From Lytechinus pictus (taxonomy: Eukaryota): DNA of 64,000 nt. Below are positions 12,640 to 25,600 of this stretch, piece by piece. Position 1 is the stretch's first letter. Every line of letters starts with the position of its first letter. The position numbers and the translations under genes are program-made. The notes under the pieces are model-generated. The model was not told the DNA's origin. It made no database searches and saw only the letters and a list, made by a program, of their open reading frames with translations. The stretch lies in assembly GCF_037042905.1 (NCBI RefSeq), contig NC_087251.1, forward strand, positions 43,092,001-43,156,000. Direction: 5' to 3'.

Positions 12640-15600
12640 ATGGCTACTGTTGTCCAGTCAGCAGATGGACCGACCGAAGTGATCAATGCTAGACGAACAG
12701 AATCACTTGATGCTCCAAATATCCTGAAGCTGGTTACCAAATCAACTCAGCCACAGTTCGGATTGGTGGATGTTGTGAATATCATGTAAGCATTTCACAT
12801 TTATGAATGTAATAATAAAAATAATAACAATGATGATGTATGTTTTTGTATAGTGCTATCACATTGTATCATGTTAAATAAATTCAGTGATTTTTTTATT
12901 TTGTTCATTCAGTTTCGATCGGTAGGTTTACATGTTTGTTTACTTTCTTCCAAGGTGCTGACACTCAAAGTGCTACAAGGAATAAAGCTTTATTACAATG
13001 CATTGGGTTTTATTAGAAGCCACACACAATAACTAAGAAATATCATCAGTCATGGCTTTTCTTGGGAATCAATATCAATATTGAAACTGATAGCCTTGAT
13101 GGGGAAAGTCTGAGAATGTCAATGTTGATAAAGAATTCTACAGAAAGACAATTATCTGTTTACTACTACCTATTATATGTACAGTAAAATATCCGATCAT
13201 TGAGCTCATTGATCTATTGCTCCATAATAGTCTTCAACAGACCAAGCTTTGAATGTGTTATCTTGTACATGTACCAGTACCTGAAGTCCATTAAAATAAA
13301 AGAAATTATAAAATATGGTGTAAAATTTCATGGCCTTGAAAAGAATGGGAATAATCTGAGAGAAAATGGAACAAAATGAATGAAATCTTGTATACATTTG
13401 AATTTCTGAACACAACTTGCATTCACATATTTCATTATTTTGTGAAGATGTCAGACAGGAATTATACTTTATTTACTTACATTCTTGTTTCACATTACAT
13501 TTTTGCTTCACATACAGTGAAAAAGCAGTCCTGGCAGTGACCCTCAACAATGAAAGAGAAGACATCCTTGCCCATGCTGCGTTCTTTGACTATCCTAACG
13601 TGGATTCTGTAGATCACGGGGAATGGCAACAATGGCTCAATACATACTATGATACAGAAGCATGCACAGTAAGTTCATCATACGTGGTGTAAAATGGAGA
13701 AAATTACACGGGGGCTTGAGGCGATTTTGCCACCAAAAAGCTCAAAAGAGGCCTAGAAACTCAGAAAAGAGCCTTGGAAATCTCCATTCATTGCAATAAT
13801 AAAGCTAATCCAAGGTTGCAGAATTAGAAATTCATTAAAAAAAGTAGCCCCCAAAATAAAACAAAATTGCCTGATGTAGAATGGTTCATTAAGCATCTGT
13901 TTTATCTCATTATACCAGTGCCTACTTCAAGCAAATTTATCTCACAAAAAAAATTCTTCACTATTTGGTTTATGTGTGCTTACAGTTATATACATGTATT
14001 GATGATGATGTGAATGATGGATATCCAGATCTTTCTCAAAGAAATGAAACCATTTATATATTAGATATATATATTGGGAATGTGTCTGAAATGTGTATGT
14101 GCTTTGAATTGATGATCATATTCGTGAAATGTCCAAGTGCCAGTGGTTAACAGAAGCATTATGTTTCGAGTCATTTGCCAATAATCCTTTTTTTTTATAA
14201 TAAAGTTAAATGTGAAATATGTCCAGTTATCTGCAAGACATGATGATACTTCATTAGGGAAGTGTGTGTGTTATTTTGTTCACAGCCCTTGAACACACTG
14301 TTTCTACATTACTTTGTGGCCAAACCTGCATTTGCCCATGGGAGTGCTAAAGAGATCATTAGGTAAGTTCATCATTTTAAAGCATTTAGCCTCTCTTGTA
14401 AAATACCTGTTATTGAGGATACTTTAACTTGTTTAACCTAGCATTTTCCAAATTATGTGGACATATGTTTCACCTTTAAAGAGTTGTGATATATATCAGT
14501 ATTCTTTTCACTTTGATTTTTTTCTGATACATTACCTAATACATCCTTCTATCATTTAATGAAGAATGCATGTAAATCAAGGAGCTGTAGTGAAAGAATG
14601 GAAGATGTGGGGGCGTGGTACTCTAGTGGTTACGAATCTCGTCTTTCAATCTGAGGGACGTGGGTTCGAATCCCAATCAAGGTGTGTTTTCTTTCAGCAA
14701 GAAATTTGCCCTCATTGTGCTGCACTCAACCCAGGTGAGGTGACTGGGCACCCAGTAGAATCAATACCTTGAATGTACTGAGCGCTGAAAGGCAGCTCAA
14801 GCTAAAGCTGGGGGTAATAATAATTATACATAATGCACCCCGGAACAGATTATTTGTAGATAGCTGGCGCTATTTAAATGCCTATTATTATTATTATCAT
14901 CATTATTATTGAGGATAGATGTATAATGAAACCCTGTTATTCGTAAAGTTTCATTTTTTTCAGCAAAGCCATTAAACACAGCTGCCATAGGTTTACTACC
15001 TATCTTTTCAAAAGAAAAAAATACATATATACAGTATATTCCATTCTTAGCAATGCAAAATTATATTATTATATTAAAGCCAGTTCAAACCAGCATGCTT
15101 GTATAGCGCCACATCAAGTCCTCAACTACTCAAATCAATGCTTTAAAGTTTACCCACACTGCAACATTCTGAGAAGCTTAGTCTTCTGATATCGTCTCAC
15201 TTGAATAATAACGCACTATTACATTCACTACCTGGGTCCCGTTGCATGAAAGTTACCATCCAATGGTAATTACCATGATGACGCTGATCAACAGCCAATC
15301 AAAATCAAGGATTTCAGCAAAGTTCCCATTGAATGGTACCATAATAGTAACTTTTTATGCAACAAGACACTGTTGCATTGTTACCAAGTAGCCAAATAAA
15401 TACATTTCCGTCAAAACATTTTGTTTCTCTTTACAAGTGAAATTCCAGGCTGATTTAATCTCTATTATTTCTAGGTTTTTGAAAAGGTAAATTTTGAGAC
15501 ACAAACTCAATGAGGGGCCACATTTACAGCGGTATTTCAGTCTGCTCTCACTTTAACAAAGATTGAACCATATCTATAGTATTAAACAATGCTAATTCCA

Positions 15601-18600
15601 CATGTTTAGGGAGGAATTAGTCTTTTTTTCACTTGACAATAAGGAGAAAATTAGAATATTTCATATAATGAAATACCAAAGAAATAGTGAGTGATTGAAA
15701 TCATAGTCTCCTCATTTGCATACCAGCCAGGATGTGCATATAACTGTTATGTGAAATTAAGCGAAACTTTAAAAAGTCATAACTTACATTACATCCAATT
15801 TCGATGAAATTTTCAGTGTTATGCTTGCTGGATTTTTCTCTTTTTATTCAAATCAACTTTTTGTTGGGATGGACTTGTCCTTTAAGTTTCATCACTTCGT
15901 TGACTATATATGCCTTTGTATTGCTCCAGGACTGTATTCAATGCCGTGCCAGACATCCACTTCCTGTATGTAGTGTTACCTACTGGTGTAGCTCCGGAGT
16001 CTGCTTTAGGAGATAACTTCAGTCCTATGGTCCTCAAGGATGAGAACAAACCCCTCGAGGGATACACTGTCTATGTTTGCCATCGACATGATCACTGTCC
16101 GGAGCTCTTTGTGAGAAAAGCAAGGTAATATATCACTTTTCATTAAAAAGTATATTTCATTTACACATCTAATGCGTTCCCAAAATTTGAGAGGAAAAGT
16201 TAAAAATGAGAATCGGTTAAGTTTTACATTTAAGAAGTTGCATTCAATATGACCTCAACTGGAAACTCTGCTACATGAGTAGCAAGCTTCCACCCATATT
16301 TTAATCAAAAACTTTAGTCAGTACAGTCGTGATATTGCCCCTGTTTTTGAATACCTCTTTCAGATTTTCAAAGTAAAGAAACTGAAGTGAACGTGGCAGG
16401 AAAAAGGGGCCAGGGTGGACTTCACCTTATAGCCATGTCAAGACTGATTGAGACTTCAGAAGTTCATTTTGATTGTTCTATTAAAGATGAATAGATTATA
16501 ATCAGTCTCATTTGAGCATCTGAATGTTAAATTGTATGTTCAAATATTTCTCACACCCTTTGTCAACAAATTACAAGTTGCATCTCTGTCTGTAATTACA
16601 TCAATCTCTTTTATTTTAGCATCATTGTATTTAAATCCCTTTTACGTCATGTTTTTACATACTTTGCATATCTTGATGCAAGCAAAACTAGCATTGTGAC
16701 AAAGCTGTCTATCTCTTTTTCCTATTATTTCAGAGTTGAAGACCATGATGACTTGACGCCAATCTTCAACCGTCAGAGTGATATGCTGAATACAACCTAT
16801 GGAAGCTACTTCTTGGCTGAATTAATAGAATCTCAAGATGAGAATAACCAAGCAATAATTGTAGAGGTATGCATTTATCCCATTTGCATATTCCCCAAAA
16901 ATATTTGAATGGCTCTATTACTTATACGTTCCTGCGGTCATGGTCTAGTGGTTTTGAATCTTGTCTTTCAATTAGAGGGTTGTGGGTTCGAATCCTAGCC
17001 ATTGCATACTTTCCTCCAGCAAGAAATTTACCCCCATCGTGCAGCGCTCAACCCAGGTGAGATGAATGAGTACCAGACAGGATTAAATTCCTTGAATGCA
17101 CTAAGCGCTGGTACGGCAGCTGGAGCAGGGTAACAATAAAAGTTTATAAAGTTAAAAGATTATATCTAGATAGATGGTACTATACAAATGCCTATGGGCA
17201 ATTCCACAGGTTGGTGGACATGAGCTTAAAAATTCAAATTCAATATTTTCTTGAATTCTTTAATACTTTAAGTCCTTCATGCATGATAGTTTCAGGAACA
17301 AGAAATAAAAAGTTTATTTTCATATGTATACTTTGGAAAAAAATGGTCAAAATTTGTGTCTTCCATTCTGTACCAAAATACAAGAAAAATAGTGAAAAAT
17401 GAAATATGCCTTATTACCATTTTGTTATTGCAACAACATACCACTTTATATATTTCTGAAGTTTAGAAGAGTCAAATTACCTAAAATACACAACAGCTTT
17501 TCAAGTAAATTTGTAGTACTCATTCAAAAAATGAATATTGCAACCTGCTCAGGTGATGTAACGTGAGTAACCGAAAAAACTGACTTTGTTTGCTGAGAGA
17601 AAAATTCTTCACAGTTAATTGGTGGGATTTTAAATTCTCTTCCTTCAAACAATCTTTGACACTGATGACTATCAAAATCATTAAAAAGTACAATTTTTTA
17701 TAAAAATGATGAAGAAAAACTGTAACGTGAGTAACTTTGTAACGTGAGTAACCAGTAAAAATTATGCAGTTAGGTAACATTTTCTGTGGGATGTCAAGTT
17801 TTAAGTCTCATGGTGAGTTGTGAAGTTATTTTTGATTAATTAAAAGCAAAATGAGGGTACACCTCTTTGATGTTACTCTTTGTTCATCAAAATATCAGTG
17901 GTCATACAATCACACAAAAAATTGAATATTAGTAGAAGTATTCACAATGTGAGAGTGCATTAGTAAGACTTGGTTTCAATTAACCAAACTTTAAAGAGTG
18001 TTCGAACAACACATTGAATGTCCTTACCTGTAACCCTATCTACATGTAGGCTGGGGTATTTTGGGAGTTAATATGGCCCGGGGGGGGGGGGGGGTGGGGC
18101 CTCCCAGGCCCCCCTTGAGATCTCGGCCATTGGCCACACGATCACGCCGAAAATTTGCACGCAGGTTGTCTTGGACATAATCTACAATACTATACAGTAA
18201 TTTATGCAAATTGGTATTAAGCAATTATGCTAATTTATGCATAATTAGTAAGCAAAATCATACTTTTCCCTCTTACATGTACTCCCTAATAAAGCTCCAA
18301 TTGTTCCAATTTTTTGTATAAAATCTCTTTTTGATGTTCCTAGCAATGAATTTTACACACATTATTGAATTTCTAATGACATTTGTGTTGTTAACCATAC
18401 ATGGACAAAATGTAACGTGAGTAACTGTAACGTGAGTAACCATATTATCTGCACCCCAAGTAAAAACCATGTGTTCTTTATTTTTTTAATTATGTACAAA
18501 GTTTGTCTCCCTAATATACTTCTTAGAAATGGATATAATCAACTTTCATAAAAGCCTTGTATGAGGAGACTTTTCACTTATGTCGACTTTTCATTTTATG

Positions 18601-19640
18601 CATGTCCAAATCATGTAACGTGAGTAACCGACACATTCCAAAGATTTGCCAGGAGCATAATAAAATTTCCCAAGTTTTGTTTTTATACAAAGGATAGTCA
18701 GACTGTGTACTTTGTTGTGATAAGGAGATGTTTAGTTCCTATCAATAATAATGGAGTTACAGCTCCAAGTATGAGTCAAGGTGTCTCCAAATGTAACGTG
18801 AGTAACCGTGGAATAGCCCCTATTCTTATTATCATTTGTTTTTTAATTCCAGAAACTATAGCATATAGAACTTACCTATGTTTATAATGTCTTCATTGAC
18901 CATTTTAGCACACGTTTTCAAATGATACACTTGTTTAATTCCAGTTATGTTTGATACCTTGACTTGTTTAGAATGAAGGAACTGCTGTTGGATTCATGAG
19001 TCTGTCAACGGATGTTGATGTTGATCTCCTAAATACATGTTTTGAGTTGGGTCCATTCCATGGTCTGAAGAAACCACATCCAGACGATATCCTCAAGGCC
19101 CCAACACCTCCCCCACCAGGTAGGTACCAATGATAGATGGATAGATAGATAGGATAGATAAGATAGATAAGATAGATAGATAGGATAGATAGATAAATAG
19201 ACAGACAGACAGACAGACAGATAAGATTAAACAAATTAAAAATAAAAACTTTACAAAAACATTTCATATTTGTGCTAGATACTTCTCAACACAAACATTT
19301 TAGATTACACTTTTTTGTTCAGTGGTGACATATCATGATAGAAAATGTAATATAAATCATAGATTTGACATTTATGTATTTCTATGAAACAATGTTTGAA
19401 AATATAATAACAAACAATAGAATACATTTGGCATGAATATTACCTTTTTCCTTCAAAGAAAATTCCACCTGAAATATACCTTAATCCCAACGGCATCCCA
19501 ATCATGTGAAAGAGCTTAATACGCTCTTTCATTTGATACCAAATTCGTCATGGTAGTATTTATATTTCTGAAGATATATTAAAATTTTCAATGGGTGTAT
19601 GTAAACTTTTGGACTCAACTGTAGATAGATAGGATAGATG

Positions 19641-19671
<31 letters not shown>

Positions 19672-22600
19672 TAGATAGATAGATAGGATAGATAGTTGAC
19701 AAGATGAGTAGATATGTAGAGGAATAGTTAGAAAGATATATTAAGTAATGAATGAATGATGATGAAAGTTGGCTTATATTGAAAATGGTATGTTTAAAAA
19801 GATGCAAAATCCATAAATCAGCTATGCATGAGATTTTCCATGAAGTGGCATGGGATCACAGGCAATGTGTATAATGTAAGTATATGGGGATAGGCTCTGA
19901 TGCATGCGTGAGAAAGAGATTTGAGGGGATGAGCAAGAGTCTTAATGCATGAGACTTGGCATGTCTGATGTAAGTTTTTTATTTCATAGTAGATCAGATG
20001 AATAGAAATTCATAAAATAATAGGACATTTCTTTTGAAAAAAAAACAAAAAAAACAGACAGGTATATCTTCTTTGCTAAAAATTCAATCCTTCCTCTTTT
20101 CTCATTTCTTCAGAAGAGACAGCTGTTGACGATGAGATGGTTTCTGGCAGCCAAGCAGGGAGTGAAAAACCTCTTTCGAGAACAAGCTCAGTTTCGTCAA
20201 TCAAAAAAGGTAATTATGAAATTGAGATTTTGACAAATTTGCCCTTAGTTTGGGCCCCCCCCCAAAAAAAGTCTTGATGGGCACTGATTAGTTTTCACCT
20301 GAAATATATGCTCTTTTGTATGAGTAACATGAGTTTCATTACCCTGATTTTCTTCTTCAGATTGTGTTTATTTGTAAACTAAATTTCATGATTTAGAAAT
20401 TATATTCCTATGCAAGTTTTTGCCCTTTCTCGATTTAATTTACCCCAACTTGTCTGTATACCTATGACTGTACTGTCGTGCTGTCATTTATAACAGTGTA
20501 TGTCACTTTTGGTAACACATTTTTTTTTCACATTAATGATTGGACTATGTTTTAACTTTAAGCTGAAGATTGAAGATATTTAAAAATATCATAAGATCAT
20601 GTTTAACTTTGAATCATTCACACAGGAGATACTGGAACAGCAGATAGACCTTCTAGTGGTTCCAAGCCCACTCCCTCAACCCAACCCCCTACTCAGACCC
20701 CCCAGCAGGCAAAAGCTACTCCCGTACCAGCTAAGACAGCCACACCCGTGACAGCCAAGAGCACCCCTCTACCAGCGAAGGGTACCCCTAAGCCAGCTGC
20801 CACGCCCCTCAACAAACCCCCAACAGCTACTGGTTAGTTTTTCTTCATCATCATCTCACTTTTGTTTGTAGACATTACAGAGCATGAAAATTAGTCATTC
20901 TTTTATTTGGCTTTAATTGATCATGAGAGTGCATATGCTAATGGGGGAAAAAATAGACATTTTTGAAATACATACCATAAATTGAATATCAAGAGTATAT
21001 ATTTATGTATATTCATGTTTTGAATCCTGTAGATTTATGAATGCCTTTTAATGTGTAAATAGTCCTGGGCTGCCGGTTCAATTAAAGATTGATCGATCAT
21101 TCATATTTTCATATATTCATATGTGGAGCGTTGTGGCCCAGAGGATTAGTCTTCGGACTTTGAAACAGAGGGTCGTGGGTTCGAATCCAAGCCATGGCGT
21201 AATTTCCTTCGGCAAGAAACTGATCCACAATGTGCTGCACTCAACCCAGGTGAGGTAAATGGGTACCGGTAGGAAGTAATTCCTTAAAAAGCTGTGTGCG
21301 CTATGAACGCCTAGCTTAGCCGGGTAATATAGGAGCGCCTTGAGCACCTAACAAGGTGGATATGTGCGCAATATAAATACCCTATATTATTATTATTTTA
21401 GATAATCTACTGTGAAAGACTAATATAATAGTTCTTATAGAGGATGATAGTAAGAAATATTTATGGGGATGTTTTGGTTTTCACAGGGAGTATCACAGAA
21501 TCAGAGCTACATATTGAGAGGAAACTGAGTGATTCCCATATGAAAAGGTAAGTTTCAGATTTGAAATATATGTACGAGTCCGGATTCATTTCTAATGGAT
21601 AGGATTCATAGATAGATAGCATACTGTTCGGTAGCATACTGTTCTTTTCAATATTTTTTTACATGTAGTCAATTAAATATTTGAACTGAAACAATCTTTT
21701 AGCAGCAATTATTGCCCCCTTGTTTCATGTTAACCCTAATTTTTGTTGCTTGAATTCGAATGTACCGCTAATAGCAATGAATATTTATAAGCACCATATT
21801 TCAAAAAGTACCGTACATTACATGAGTACATTAACGATCAGTGGTTCAAAGAAATATAGAGAAATAGATTATAGAGGAAAAAATTCTTGCTGAAGGAAAA
21901 AAGAATAGAATAGTAATGGTTTATTTGCAATGCATGATTGGCAGCCAGTCGCTGAATATACATGTTTACAAAATATAAGAACATACAAACAGTAGATAAA
22001 TTAACCAAAAAAAAATAAGAGCAATAGCATTCCCAGTCTTAAAAGCTGTTACAGCTAAACATTTTCGGCCAGAATAAAAAAAAAATGAATGAATGAATGT
22101 CTATTTAGGGGGAATATACACCTCATTTCTTAAAGATATATTTTGCCAGATTTCTTTACAAGTTTATTTTGTTTGTAGTCAAGTATTAAAGAAATGACTA
22201 ACTTGTAAAATTTATTTTTGTCAACAGTTCTGCATCAGTGATGAGTGACAGAGATGAAAGGGAATCTGTCAAATCAGGAGTGTCAAAGGTAGGTAATTGC
22301 TCCGGAAATAGTAAACAAAGTGATTGATTTTGTTTTAATGCTGAAATATTTGAACTTGAACTATCAAACTGGAGTTTTGCAGGCTTGCTTTTGTACACTA
22401 CTGTGGATTCTCTCAACCCATGGGAGCACATGCATGTTTTCCTTTTCATTCCGTCATTCTTTCAATAACTGGATTAATGATAGGTTCTGTATTTTTCCCC
22501 TTTTTTTAAGGAGAGTTGTGTACTTTTTTCCTACAAGAGCACTCATTTTCATCACATTTTGGTACTAGACCATATAAATGAACTGAAAATACAGAAAAAA

Positions 22601-25600
22601 TCCCTCTTGCTATTGGATAACAAAAAAACAAAGCTAAAATTCACAGGTTATGTGGTTTGAATTGTCAAAATACAGTACAATTTTCTGTCCATGGTCTCTT
22701 TTCACATAAGTGTGACAGGATGCAGAACCCAGGGCAAAGACATGGTGACACTACGTGCTTCTGCTATTAAAATGATTAGACATCAGTTTCATTCGTGGAG
22801 CGTTGTGGCCCAGTGGATTAGTCTTCGGACTTTGAAACAGAGGGTCGTTGGTTCGAATCCCAGCCATGGCGTAATTTCCTTCGGCAGGAAATTTATCCAC
22901 ATTGTGCCGCACTCGACCCAGGTGAGGTGAATGGGTACCCGGTAGGATTTATTCCTTGAACGCTTTAGCGCTTATTAACATGGCGGCTCAGCTACAGCCG
23001 GGGTCATAATATGATACCAAGTATCAAAGCGCAGCTGAGTATATGCACATAGTAACTGCGCTATATAAATGGACATATTATTATTATTATTAATTTTCCT
23101 AGAAGTGTAAAAAAAAGCATTCTGGAAATTGATGAGTGTATGTGTGCATGTGGGCTGTGCTACTGTGTCTGTTATTGCTCAGCACAGAATTTATCTACTA
23201 TCTGAATTGATCTCTTTAACCAACTACTGTCTTCTAACTCAGAGGTCAGGATCCATAGTATCTAATCATGACATCGCTGAAGAAGCATTTCCGTCTGAGC
23301 TGAGCGTGACCCCTGAACCCTCGCTTCCTGAGCCTCGCTTTGAGCCGACCTACTGTGGACCAGCGAATGCTTTCTCGATTCAGCTCTTTTGCGTTGATGA
23401 ACGATATGAAATGAGGTGATTAAACATACGCTTTCAATTTGTAGAGAATAAATATGTGATGGATTTAAAAAAAAGACTGATACAAGAAACTGGTTTAGTC
23501 CTGGAGGTTTTGTCTGTATAAGTCTTCATCGGAAATGTCTAAAACATACAAGATGTATCACTCAAATTATGGCAAATAATCCTGAAATAGTTTGCATTAA
23601 TGATTTACTAAATTAAAAAGTTGTAATTTTCAAGTCTTGATTGTCAAAGAGAGTAATATCAAACGTTTCAAGAGAAATGCATTGAAAATGTAAAAATTGA
23701 AATAAAATGACATGAAATATATAAATCAATAATAAAGAAGATATACCTGTAAAACTACTACATTTAGTTTCTGTTGTTAAATAGACATTTAGGTTGCTAT
23801 GATACAGATAATTGTGGTGGTAGATGGGTGTAGTATATCAGTAGTGCATATGCATGTGATGTTGCAGGTGATACAAATATCTGTGAAAATAGCACAGAAC
23901 TAAAATAATTACATTTGTACTAGGAATATGTTGAGTCTTTAGTTTATTTTTATTTTTTTAACTTCAAATTTATATGAAATAATCTTTTCGTTCAATTTTT
24001 TTTTCAGGTCTCAAGACTTCCTTCCCATGGCATTCTCCCTGTTTCCTGATAAAGACTTCTGTGTTCTCACCGTGCCTCACCTGGTCCCAGAATTCCCTCT
24101 ACTTCAAAACTTTGTGGTGAGTGTTAAGATTATGATACCCATCCCTATTCCACCATTTTTTTTCCCCTTTTGGTTGAACAAACCAAAGTTGCCTGTTTTA
24201 TTAAATACCTTATAAGCCAACATGTAGACCATCTGACTTCAGATCGCTAAAATTGATCAATAAACTTGTCTACATTTTTTTTCATTTTATCCCTCAACAC
24301 CCCCCCCCCCTTAGGAAGACATTTGTTTATAATTGTCTGATTGCATGTCAAGAAATTTGCAGATGGTTCTGTCAATATTTAATCTGTTTCTTTTGTTGTG
24401 AGCATTAAATATTGAATATTACTGTTCTTTTGTTTGGCATAATCAGCAAACATACAAAATAATAAATACTAGCGATGGGATAGGAGAGTCATATAGATGC
24501 TGAGAAAGGAAAACGATAAAAAAAAATAACTATAACCTGAAGATCTTCCTTCCCAGATCATTATTAAGAAGCTTGATATGTGGAAGAGCCGTGGTGTAGT
24601 GGTTCTGACTCTCGCCTTGTAAACAGAGGGTCATGTGTTCGAATCCCACCGCGGTCTAGCGTCCTTTGGCAAGACGTTAATCCACACTTTGCCACTCTTG
24701 ACCCAGGTGCTAAATGGGTACCTGGTAGGATGCGAAAGATATTGTATGTTTGATTTTGCCAGCGCCATAATGAGGCTGCGATGAATGCAAGGAATACTCC
24801 CCAGGGAGTGGAGATTGTGCACTTTTCGTGCGGGATTGAAATGAATCCAATGACCGGGGTAATAATATGCTGTAAAGTGCTTTGAGCCATTCTGGGAAAA
24901 CCGCTATATAAAAATTGGCTATTATTATTATTATTATTATATGTTGTTTTGTTTTCACACAGCGTGTAACCCCCAAATGCCCCAGTGTTCTATCCCAGGA
25001 GCTGTACCTCTTCCATCGGGCGGGGCTGCTCCAGTCCTTTGCGGTGCGCCCTGCTTGTACCTCTGACGTACCGGCCGTCACCACCCTGGTGGATGGAATC
25101 TTCAATCAGGAGATCCTGCTCTCTGATCTTGATCGCTTTAACAAAGCCAGGAGGGATGAAGTAAGTAGCCGATTAAGAACTTGTTGATTAAAGGGGGAGT
25201 GAACTGCGTGTGGTTTCTCATTGACTGTATGTTATAAATACATAGTCTAAAAATGTATGTTTTCAGATATCTACTAATACAACAGAGAATAGATTGACCT
25301 ATAATTGTATTTGTATAGAGAAACTAAAATGTTTTGAGAGGAAAAGTAATTGATACTTGGTAACATAATTATTGCAGTATAAATGCATTGAGTAGTTAAT
25401 AAGCATGTTATCATTCAAGTGGGTCTATATTACTAGACTACACTAGCATTATGGGTCAGGAAACTGGCCAAGTATGAGTAGTTAAGGGCTTGAGATGGCA
25501 CTTTTGGTTCGTATCTGCTTTAATACCCTCAAGATAATTCAAGGCCTTTTTTCCCCATGCTCAATATCTTCTATCATTTACGAACGATAAGCATCAAAAT

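Noticed and set aside
21125..21200. tRNA genes at the SINE heads (also 2350-2428, 14609, 22797, 24582, 41430-41500)
   Set aside because: A and B boxes are present, but each continues into a shared SINE core and (TAT)n tail without a proper acceptor stem.
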